From the IMG/VR virus record IMGVR_UViG_3300025816_000004: a stretch of DNA of 51,059 bases; one strand, written 5' to 3'. Shown here in pieces: positions 7,752-17,500 of this stretch. The stretch is from a virus. A program made the translations under genes and the position numbers. Position 1 is the stretch's first letter; each line of letters begins with the position of its first letter. The notes beneath the pieces are model-generated. The model had not been told where the DNA came from, made no database searches, and worked only from the letters and a program-made list of their open reading frames with translations.

Positions 7752-10721
7752 ATGGCAAGAAAAAGATATAAAAAGAAAAGAATAGACTACCGTAAGGGTG
7801 GTAGAGTTTCTTTAAAACATGGAGGAAGACCTCAACGTAATAACTTTGATAATGCAGATGAGTACAGAAATGCTTTAGATAATTGGGCCAGCGATCCTGC
7901 TCATAGTTCTGCACAAACATCTCCACAAAGAACTACTCCAGAAAGAATGGCAGAAATATCTTCAATGCCAGGAGTTCCTTCTCCTACAGGTGTCAAGTCT
8001 ATTGATGAATATAATGTAGGAACATCTATTCCTCCAGAAGATAATAATTTAATGGCTACTCCTACTAGAACTAGAACTACTATAGAGCGTGGACAAGGTA
8101 AAAAAGGTATGGGTGGAAAAGGAAGAGGAGGTAAACCTTATATTCCTCCTGCTGTGACTGCTCCTAAAAATAAAGATACAAGAAATATTTATACTGATGC
8201 AACAGAAGGTAAAATTACTACAGCTAGAACAACTGCAGAAGCTACAAGAAAAGGAGAGACACAGTTACCTTCAATTCCAGAGATTAGTACAGAAGCAGGA
8301 ACTAAACTTGATACTACTATTAAAACTCCAAAGGATGATATAGAAGAAATAGGAGTACAAACTGGAGCTACAGCAGATGTATCCGCCTCTACTTTAAAAC
8401 AAGATGCTACTACAGGAACAGCAACTACTTCTGCTCAACAAACTCCTATTGCAGCTTCAACAATGACAGCAATGCAAAACACTACTCCTTCTGCAGTAGA
8501 TGGAGCAACAGGACAACTTTCTCCAGAAGCAGTTGCACAAGTAACAGAAATTAGAAATCTATCTGGTGAAGCAGTAGCTGCACAAGTTTCTGATTCATTA
8601 GTTAATGCAGCTAAAGCTACTAATGTAGATGGTATTATTTCTGCAGGAGCTTTTGTACCTGCAGTAACAGGAGTAGGCGCACAAGTTTCTGCAACCTCAG
8701 ATGCAGAGGTGCAAACTAGAGAAGCTATTACAGGAACTTCTGCTTCAGGAGTAGCTGCACAAGTTATAAACACAGTAGGCTTTGAAGCTGCACAAAGAAG
8801 TTCAGTACAAGGTATAGCTAGAGCAGGCGCTGCCGCTTCTATGGTAGCTCAAGTTGCTGATATACCGCAAGCAATTACTGCAGCTATAGTAGAAAATCCT
8901 GCAACTGTAGAAGCTCAAATAGACTCAGAGCCTGTACAAGTTCAAGCAGCTATTGCAGCTTTACCTACAGAAGCTTTAGTAAGCTCACAAATGGAAGGTC
9001 TCTTAGGAGGTCTTGAAAGTGGTAACATTCCTTTATGGGCTAGGCCTGCAGTAGATGCAGTAAATCAAAGCATGGCAGAAAGAGGCATGGAAGTTTCTAC
9101 TGTAGGTAGAGATGCTATGTTTAACTCTATTATACAAAGTGCTTTCCCAATGGCACAAAGTAATGCACAAGCTTTACAGGCTAGAGCAGCTCAAAATTTA
9201 TCTAATGAACAACAAGCTAACTTAGAAAGTTCTAGATTAGATATGACTAGGAGAATGACTAATCTTGCTAATCGTCAACAAGCAGAAAGTCAAACAGCAC
9301 AAAACGCACAACAAATGGCAGTTATGCAAAGTCAGTTTGATCAAGCAGCAGTAATGACTACTGCACAGCAACAGCAACAAACTGCGCTTGCTAATCTACA
9401 AAATCAACAACAAGCTGCAGTTTTAAATGCACAGAATGAACAAGCTATGAATCTACAGAATCTTAATGTAGGTACACAGATAGACTTAGCTAATCTTCAG
9501 TTACAGGATGCAACTGCTAGAGATAACATGTCTGCTGTTCAACAAGAAAGATTATCAGAGTATCAAAACGCAGCTAAGTTCCTTAGTCAAAATGCAGCCT
9601 TTGCACAAGACATGCAAAAAGCAAACTTAACTGCAGATCAACAAGTTCGTTTAGCTAATCTAAGTTCTTTGAATACAGCAAGCGCACAGAATCTAAGTGC
9701 AGCTCAACAAACGGAACTAGCAAATTTAAATAAACAAATGCAGGTTAACTTAAATAATTCTAAACTTGCACAACAAATGGGATTAGCACAGCTTAATGTA
9801 GATCAACAAAGAGCTATGCAGAACGCAACTGTTACTGCAAATATGGATATGACTAAGTTTACTACAGCACAACAAGTAGAGTTAGCTAATAGTAAGTTTA
9901 TGCAAACATCTACTCTTACTAATTTAAACAATAGCCAACAAGCAATTTTACAAAATGCAACTCAAATGGCCGCACTTGATATGGCTACATTAGATCAAAG
10001 AACTAAGCTAGCTGCACAAAACGCACAGTCTTTCTTAACTATGAATATGGCTAATCTTAGTAATGATCAACAAGCTTCTATGCTTACAGCACAACAAAAA
10101 CAACAGTCTTTGTTATCTAATCAGGCAGCTGAAAATGCATCAAGACAGTTTAACGCTACTAGCGAAAACCAAACTAATCAGTTTATGGCAAACCTTGCAC
10201 AGCAGATTGAACTTAATAATACAGCACAGCTAAACGCTATGGAACAGTTTAATGCTACAGCGCAGAATCAAGTAGATCAACAAGTTAGAGGATTAACTGT
10301 AGATGAAAATAAATTCAATGCTCAGATGTCTACACAGATTAGTCAGTACAATACACAGCTAGCTTATGATAGAGCTAAGTGGAACGCTACTAATGCACAA
10401 GCTGTAGAGCAATCTAATATTGCATGGAGAAGACAAGCTAATACTATTAATACAGCAGCCGCTAATCAGATAGCTATGCAGAACTCACAGAATTTATTTG
10501 GCATGTCTTCACAGGCTCAATCGTTTTTATGGCAAGAATTAAGAGACAGAGCAGCTTATGAGTTTCAAGCAGCTGAAAAGTTTGAAGATAGAAAGACACA
10601 CCTTATCGCTCAATCACTAGGCAATGAAGCTACTAGCGCACAGTATTGGGATAGTTTAACAACATCTAATATTTCAAAAGTATTTGATTCATTAGTTAAT
10701 ATAGCATCAGTAGGAGAATAA
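7752..10721 (+). CDS. Large Gln/Asn/Ala-rich virion protein (989 aa), putative internal/ejection protein
   Basis: Basic N-terminus (MARKRYKKKRIDYRKGG); long Q/N/A-rich helical repeat region (..AQQ..LANL..); lies in the block of large virion genes. Confidence 0.6.
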   Translation: MARKRYKKKRIDYRKGGRVSLKHGGRPQRNNFDNADEYRNALDNWASDPAHSSAQTSPQRTTPERMAEISSMPGVPSPTGVKSIDEYNVGTSIPPEDNNLMATPTRTRTTIERGQGKKGMGGKGRGGKPYIPPAVTAPKNKDTRNIYTDATEGKITTARTTAEATRKGETQLPSIPEISTEAGTKLDTTIKTPKDDIEEIGVQTGATADVSASTLKQDATTGTATTSAQQTPIAASTMTAMQNTTPSAVDGATGQLSPEAVAQVTEIRNLSGEAVAAQVSDSLVNAAKATNVDGIISAGAFVPAVTGVGAQVSATSDAEVQTREAITGTSASGVAAQVINTVGFEAAQRSSVQGIARAGAAASMVAQVADIPQAITAAIVENPATVEAQIDSEPVQVQAAIAALPTEALVSSQMEGLLGGLESGNIPLWARPAVDAVNQSMAERGMEVSTVGRDAMFNSIIQSAFPMAQSNAQALQARAAQNLSNEQQANLESSRLDMTRRMTNLANRQQAESQTAQNAQQMAVMQSQFDQAAVMTTAQQQQQTALANLQNQQQAAVLNAQNEQAMNLQNLNVGTQIDLANLQLQDATARDNMSAVQQERLSEYQNAAKFLSQNAAFAQDMQKANLTADQQVRLANLSSLNTASAQNLSAAQQTELANLNKQMQVNLNNSKLAQQMGLAQLNVDQQRAMQNATVTANMDMTKFTTAQQVELANSKFMQTSTLTNLNNSQQAILQNATQMAALDMATLDQRTKLAAQNAQSFLTMNMANLSNDQQASMLTAQQKQQSLLSNQAAENASRQFNATSENQTNQFMANLAQQIELNNTAQLNAMEQFNATAQNQVDQQVRGLTVDENKFNAQMSTQISQYNTQLAYDRAKWNATNAQAVEQSNIAWRRQANTINTAAANQIAMQNSQNLFGMSSQAQSFLWQELRDRAAYEFQAAEKFEDRKTHLIAQSLGNEATSAQYWDSLTTSNISKVFDSLVNIASVGE

Positions 10722-10724
10722 TAA

Positions 10725-11552
10725 ATGGCATTTTTACCCTTTGCAGCCGTAGGAGCTTTACTAGCTTCTTCTAAAAAAGTAAGAAAAGAAATAGGTCGCT
10801 TTGCTAAAAAAGTAAAAAAGAAATTAAAAAAAGTAACAAAGAGCAAAGCATTTAAAATAATTGCAGCCGCAGCTCTTATAGCTACTGGAGTTTATTTTGT
10901 TGGAGGTATGATGGGGGCAACGCTGCCTGGAATTACCGCAACAGGAGGTACAGCTGCAGTAGGAACTGGAGGTACAGCAGCCGCTTCAGGTAACATTTTA
11001 TCTAATACAGCAGCATTATTTGTAAACGCAGGTAAATCTGTAGCTAATACTGCTTATTCAGCAGGACAATCTACTACTGCTTTTTTAAACGAAGGCTTTA
11101 ATAAAATAACAGGAGAAGCAGGTAAAGAATCTGTTAAAAATACAGCAATAGATACTACTGTTACAGATCCTATGCTTATGACTCAAGATCAACTAGCAGA
11201 TTTTTCAGCAGGAGAAACTATAAAGGCAGGAGCTAAAGAAGAAAGTAAAAGAGGATTTTTAGGAGGTAAACCTTTTTCAGAACAAACTACTGTTGAAAAA
11301 TTAAAGACAACAAAGAATGTAGTTACTGGTGTTCAAGCAGCAGGAAGTTTATTAGCAGGCTCACCAGAAGGAGCAGAAGGAAGTCCTTTTGCAGGATTTG
11401 ATCCAGAAGGTTTTGTAGGAGATCCTGTGTTTACTCCTGCTCCTATGGCGCAAATGCAATCAGCTTATCCTTTAATAGACTTTAATCGCCTAGCAACACC
11501 TATAGATCCTAGTGCTTTTATGAGAACTAATCAACAACTTGGACAAACGTAA
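10725..11552 (+). CDS. Membrane-associated Gly/Ala-rich virion protein (275 aa)
   Basis: Two hydrophobic segments flanking a Lys-rich stretch, then a G/A/T-rich region. Confidence 0.7.
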   Translation: MAFLPFAAVGALLASSKKVRKEIGRFAKKVKKKLKKVTKSKAFKIIAAAALIATGVYFVGGMMGATLPGITATGGTAAVGTGGTAAASGNILSNTAALFVNAGKSVANTAYSAGQSTTAFLNEGFNKITGEAGKESVKNTAIDTTVTDPMLMTQDQLADFSAGETIKAGAKEESKRGFLGGKPFSEQTTVEKLKTTKNVVTGVQAAGSLLAGSPEGAEGSPFAGFDPEGFVGDPVFTPAPMAQMQSAYPLIDFNRLATPIDPSAFMRTNQQLGQT

Positions 11553-11563
11553 CGGAGATACCA

Positions 11564-12130
11564 ATGGCAGAACCAACTTTAGATAGAGCAGGTTTAGAAT
11601 TTTTAGCAACACAAGGCGCACCTGTTCCCGGAGAATCTTTAACAAACAGTCCAGATCAAGCATACGCTTGGGAACAAGCTCCACAGTTTACTTCTGTACA
11701 ACCTGCTTTAGATGCAACTTTTTTAGAACTAACTGAACCTGATGCTTATCATGAACTAGTTAAATTAATGAGACAAGGTGTTCCTATTGGCCAACTTACA
11801 GATATTATAATCTATAAAGGTTTTACTTCTGGTCTTTGGAATCCTGATTTAGCTATGTTACTTTTAGAGCCTATGATGTATTTGTTAATTGCTTTAGCTA
11901 CACATGCAGGCATAGATGAACCAGTTTTAGATGATGAGCCAGATACTATGGAAGCAGATGAACAACTAACAGAAGTACAAAAAGCTATAGAGATGGCTAA
12001 AGAAAAAATTGTTCCTGAATTAAAATTAAAAGGAATACCTAGAGAAATACAACAACGTGTAGATACACTTGAAATACCTGAAAGACCTACAGAACCTTCA
12101 AGTTTATTGAGTAGAGAGGAGCAAGCATAA
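11564..12130 (+). CDS. Acidic hypothetical virion-module protein (188 aa)
   Basis: ORF with GGAGA SD; TAATG coupling to the next gene. Confidence 0.8.
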   Translation: MAEPTLDRAGLEFLATQGAPVPGESLTNSPDQAYAWEQAPQFTSVQPALDATFLELTEPDAYHELVKLMRQGVPIGQLTDIIIYKGFTSGLWNPDLAMLLLEPMMYLLIALATHAGIDEPVLDDEPDTMEADEQLTEVQKAIEMAKEKIVPELKLKGIPREIQQRVDTLEIPERPTEPSSLLSREEQA

Positions 12131-14595
12131 TGGCAAAAAGTATAATGGGTGATGCTCAAGTTAATAGAATTGTTACAGATTCTCAACAAAGAGTAGCCAA
12201 AGCTAGAAAAAAAGGAAAGAAAGCTGCTTTAATAGCTCCTTTAGTAATAGGCGCAGATCAAGTTTTAAAAGTAAAAGCACAACAACGCGCTAAAGATTTT
12301 TGGACAGGACAACAACCTGAGTTACAAAGAATGGAAGATTACTTTAATACTAGTTTTCAATTTCAAAAAGATCATACTGCAAGATTTAATAATAGAGCGG
12401 ATTGGGAAACACAATACAAATCTGACTATCGCAAACAATGGATAGAGGATAAATTATTAAATCAAGGAATTGGTTCAGGTTATACTCAAGAACAATTAAA
12501 TGTAATAGCTGCAAAAGACATGAATGATGATTTAACAGAATATAAAAGATTATTAGATCTATCTGCAGACTTTAAACTCTCAGGAGATCAAACAGTAGAA
12601 CAAAAGAAAGCTAGATACTTTGAACCTTTCAATACAGCTACAGCTAAACACATGAAAGAGATGGTAAAAGATGGCGGTCTTCTTCCTGGAGCTATTAATT
12701 TTATTATGGGTAAAAAGAAATGGACTACAGGAACTCCTGAAGATGCTGCAATACAAGCTTTTAAAGATCAAGTCTTTGCTTCTTCACTTGCTTGGGATGA
12801 ACAACAAGGTAAGTATGAGACAGCAATAGGTAACAATGAATTGCAAAGTATATTTTCTAATACTGGAGAAGATCTTAATTTTCCTGGGGTTATTACTAAA
12901 CATGAAAATGAAAGAAGTAGCTTTATTAGTAATGATCAAAAGAAAAGTTATGTATCAGGAGAGAGACTTAAAATAAAATATAACCTTGGCGGAAAAGATC
13001 AAGAAATATCTCCTTATGTTTTAACAGGAGCAATGGGAGGAAATCCTGAAGATAAAATTACTAAAGAAGATTATTGGACTGATGTAACAATGATTTCTTC
13101 TGCTTTGCAAGATCAATATGAAAAAACAAAAGGAGCAGGAGGTATCTATGATAAGTTCCATTTTATGCAACAAGCTATAGATATAGTATCTAAAGAAACA
13201 ACAGAAGGAATTCCTAATCTTTCAATTACACCAAGTAGTCTTGCAGGTTTAGGCTTAGGCCCTCAATATGGAGGAATAAACATAACTTATACACCTTTAA
13301 CTGCTGAAAGAAGAAGGCAATTAACTGTAGGTCAAATAAATTCAGGAGGTATTTATAAAGTTACTTCTTCAGATGAACAAAGAAAATTTGATCAGAATCT
13401 GACACAAGTTTCTAGAGCTATGACTAATGCTGTTACTACAAATTCTAGTACAGGACAAGCAACCAGTGACGGTTCTTCAGAGCTTATGAAACTGCAAAAC
13501 TTTTTAAGTGATCCAAATAGTGTTTTTACAAAAGACAATGTAGACTCAATAGAACAAGTAATATTATTACAACCTCCAAGCCCTGTTAGGGATAGCGTAA
13601 TGGAACTATTAGCAAGTAGAAGTAAAGAGTTAAATAGTTTTAAAAGTATGGAAGCGTCAATGTCTAACAAAATTAAAGAAGGTTTGACGGAAGCAGGCCC
13701 TCCAACAGGATTAGGTTTAGATACTATGCCTGATATAGATCCTACATTAGGCAAAGGTAATTATACTAAAATAAAACAATCAGGATACAATTCTATAGAT
13801 GACGTTCTTTTAGGCAAAAAACAAATAAATATTCCAGGAATAATGAAAACACTTAAAGATACAGTTAAACAAGATTTAAAATATTTTGGCCCAGTAAACA
13901 TAACAGATGTTCAAGAATATGTAAAAGAAACTATACCTGTAGTTAAGAAAGCAGCAAAACAATTTATTGATGATGCTCCTGCAAAAATTAAAAAAGCAGC
14001 TAAAGTAGTTTCTGATGAAGCTAATGATGCTCTTACTTCTGTTGCTAAAACAGATAAGTATATTACATCAGGAGAGTTAGGTATAGATTTAGGATTTGCA
14101 AAAGATGAAGCTGTTGAAGGAGCAAGACAGTTTGCTCAAGATTGGATAACTCTTGGTCAAAATGCTTCTGAAAAAGTAAAAGAATTTTATGATGCTACAG
14201 AAGATGCTAGAAAAGATATTAAAGATCAAGCAAAACTAATGACATTCTATGATGATTTTACTTCAACTAATTGGAATGTAGTTAAACAAGATATAGCAGA
14301 TTCATACATACAGTTTGCTAATGAAAACAATATAGATATAACTAAAGCTGTACAAAAAGGAACAGCAGTTTGGTTAGCTAAAATGATTGAAGATACTATG
14401 CCTATATCTGGTAGAACTGCAGCTCAAATAAGTTTGCAAAGACAAAAGTTTAAAATGAAACAAGATGCAGCTCAAAGAAAAATTGACTTGTTTAATATGA
14501 AACAAGATGTAGCTCAAGATATTGTAGGTTTTACTAAAGACAGTTCAAAAAACATAGGATTACTAGCTAGAAGAGAAGATAGCGAGGAGAACTAA
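12130..14595 (+). CDS. Large internal virion/ejection protein candidate (821 aa)
   Basis: Long ORF directly upstream of the 1647-aa protein, analogous in order to T7 gp15-gp16. Confidence 0.6.
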   Translation: MAKSIMGDAQVNRIVTDSQQRVAKARKKGKKAALIAPLVIGADQVLKVKAQQRAKDFWTGQQPELQRMEDYFNTSFQFQKDHTARFNNRADWETQYKSDYRKQWIEDKLLNQGIGSGYTQEQLNVIAAKDMNDDLTEYKRLLDLSADFKLSGDQTVEQKKARYFEPFNTATAKHMKEMVKDGGLLPGAINFIMGKKKWTTGTPEDAAIQAFKDQVFASSLAWDEQQGKYETAIGNNELQSIFSNTGEDLNFPGVITKHENERSSFISNDQKKSYVSGERLKIKYNLGGKDQEISPYVLTGAMGGNPEDKITKEDYWTDVTMISSALQDQYEKTKGAGGIYDKFHFMQQAIDIVSKETTEGIPNLSITPSSLAGLGLGPQYGGINITYTPLTAERRRQLTVGQINSGGIYKVTSSDEQRKFDQNLTQVSRAMTNAVTTNSSTGQATSDGSSELMKLQNFLSDPNSVFTKDNVDSIEQVILLQPPSPVRDSVMELLASRSKELNSFKSMEASMSNKIKEGLTEAGPPTGLGLDTMPDIDPTLGKGNYTKIKQSGYNSIDDVLLGKKQINIPGIMKTLKDTVKQDLKYFGPVNITDVQEYVKETIPVVKKAAKQFIDDAPAKIKKAAKVVSDEANDALTSVAKTDKYITSGELGIDLGFAKDEAVEGARQFAQDWITLGQNASEKVKEFYDATEDARKDIKDQAKLMTFYDDFTSTNWNVVKQDIADSYIQFANENNIDITKAVQKGTAVWLAKMIEDTMPISGRTAAQISLQRQKFKMKQDAAQRKIDLFNMKQDVAQDIVGFTKDSSKNIGLLARREDSEEN

Positions 14596-17500
14596 ATGTC
14601 AATGACTTGGCAGCAATTTCAGCAAAACAATCCTAGTATGTTTAAAAATCTAGGTGAAACTCAAGAAGAAAAAGAAAGAAGACAAACTTTAGAAAATCAA
14701 GAAAAAACTTTTTCTGCTATAAAAATTTCAAATAACAGACCTGACTATACTGCTGTATCTGGATATAATGATTTTAGCAATACTGTAAATCAAGAAATAA
14801 ATCAGAAAAAAAATGTTTATGATGATCCTTTTATTCAAAGAATTTTAGATGATAATACATCTTCTAATTTAGATAGGGAAAGAAAACAGTCTGCTTCTTT
14901 TTATTCTGATACTGAATATAGTATGAATGATCTAGATCAAGATCAAGTATATCAAGAAGTAGGAGAAAGATATCTAAGAGCTATAGGTAGTGATGAAAAC
15001 TTATATGAAAATTTAAGAGATGCTAAATATAGTATAGGAGATGCTGTTGCTTTAGCAATGAAATCTGATAACTGGAGTGATCAAGTTAAAGCAGATTATA
15101 AATATTTAAAAACTGTTTTTGATAATTCTAATACAACAGGTGCAAAACATATTCTTCAAGCTACTAAAGATATTGCTATAGATCTTGTTTTTGATCTTCC
15201 TAATTTATTAGCTGTTCCGTTTATTGTATCTACTGGAGGAGTAGGAGGCATAGCTTTATCTGCTGCTTCTAGACTAGGAGCAACACAAGCCTTTAGACAA
15301 AGTGCTAAGAAGATGGCTCTACAATACAATAAAAATAAACCTTTAAGAACAGCAAGTATTGGTTTAACAGAAGGTGCTTATGATGCAGGAGTTATTGGTG
15401 TCTCTAATCAAATTAGTGATGTTCAAACTGGAATTAGAGAAAAATTTAGTACTCCAGAGGCTATAGGAATGACTGCAGTAGGTGCTGTAATTGGAGGCGG
15501 TGCTGCTGCAGGCTTAGTAAAATTAGGAGATGTTATAGCTAAAAGGCAATTAAATAAATTTGCAGAAGAAACAGGATTAAGAACAGAAGATATAGCTGAC
15601 GCTAAACCAGAACAAATTAAAAAATGGCGAGAAGATTTAAGAAAAACAGATAAAATTATAGGTGCTATTACAGGTAAAGCAACAACTCCTTTTAAAGAAT
15701 TTGCTAAAGGTTCTCCGACAATACAAGAATTTTTAACTAATATTAGATATGATGCTATGCGTAGGCTAATGGATAAAGGCCCTGAAGAAATAGCTAAAAC
15801 AACTTTTGGTGCTGCAGTATCTAAAAGACAAGCAGAGTATACTTTACTTATGCAGAAAGCAATGGGTAATCTTACTGGTTTAAACGGAAAGATTGATCCT
15901 GTAGATGAAGCAGATATTTTGTATTTATTAAGTAGAGATATAAATTTAAACAACCATGTAAAACTTGTAAAGTTTAATAAGAAAGGTCTTAATACCTATG
16001 AAGTTATTGAGCCTGTCATAATAGACGGAAGAAGAATGTCAGATGAAGTTATGAAAGCTGCTAAAGGTTTAGATGAAAGTTTTAATAAAATCTTTGAAGA
16101 CGGTTTTGGTATAGAAACAGTAGGCGGTACAGTATCTAAATTTGATTTATTTAAAAATATATCTCAAAGAGTAGCTAATTATTTTCCTAGACATTGGAGT
16201 ATAGATGCTATTAAAGAACAAAGAGATGTATTAGAAAATTTATTAATAAACTCTAGACACACAGATATGCGTTTAGAAAGAATGACTGATGAAGGAATTG
16301 AAGAATTAAATTTAGATGACGGTGTTACTAGATATACTATAGACTTTGATGCTGATGGTAAAATGATACCTGATAGTGTTGCTAGATTAGATGATGAAGC
16401 TAGAAAATTTGTTAATGTAAATGAACTTACTATAGATCAAAAAGTTTTTGGTGATGTAATTAATCCTAAAACTAACAAGCCTTATCTAGAAAGATACAAT
16501 GGTTTTGAAGATATGGCTTTAGAGTCTTTAAAGAAAAAATATAATCTAACTGATCTACAAGTAAATGTAAGTACTAAGAAAAATTTATTAGCTCTTAGAC
16601 CAGAGTTAGCAGATGAGTTTAATCTTGCAGCTAGAAAATTTAAAGCTCAAGTTATAGTGCAAGATTTAATTAATAAAGCTGATCCTAAATACAAAAATTT
16701 AAAAGGTAGTATGCCTAAACTTGGCAGTAATACTTTTATGAAAGAAAGAGCTTTTGATGATATTGCAGATACAGACTTACAAAAATATGGTTTTGTAAAT
16801 ACAGATGTTCAATCTGTAGTTACTGACTATGCTTTAAGTATGGGTAAAACTATAGAAAAAGCTAGATATTTTGGAAGAAGCGAAAGAGAATTTAATAAAA
16901 GATTTATTGAACCTATTATAGATGAGCTTGATGAATTTGGACAAAAATATAACAGAGAAGAGTTAGTAGATAACTTAACTAAACTGTATAAAGTAACTGC
17001 AGGAGTAGAGGATACTGTTCCTGCTTATGTAGGTAAGTTTGGTAGAAACGCAGTAGATGCTTTAAAGGTTTCACAGCAACTAGCTCACTTAGGTTTTGCT
17101 ACGGTGTCTAGTCTTACTGAACCTTTGATTGCTTTATCTAGAGCAGATTTACCAGACGCTATTAATTTAAGTAAATCGTTTGCTGTAGCAGGATCAAAAT
17201 TTGCAAAGAAAGCTTTTGTTACTGCAGGAGATCGCATTGCTAATCTAACAGGTAAAAGAACAAGACTCTTTAAACAATTAGATGATGAAGATTTATATGA
17301 TACTTATCAAGCAGGGTTGTCTTTAGAAAATTCTGTAATGGATAGAATTGAAGGTATGTATGGAGAAGGTTTGCAAAGCGGTACAGCAAAGAAAATTTCT
17401 AATTGGTTTTTTAATTTAAACGGACTAACTCCCTGGACACAAGCTGTTCAAATGGGAGCATATAAATTTGGACAACAAAAAGTACTTAGAATACTTAACG

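Noticed and set aside
8435-15953. Antisense ORFs inside large virion genes (8435..8773, 12580..12771, 13392..13754, 15423..15953; also 1482..1676, 10610..10846, 11490..11684, 11812..12189)
   Set aside because: All are embedded opposite long, tightly coupled + strand genes, and they lack ribosome-binding sites.
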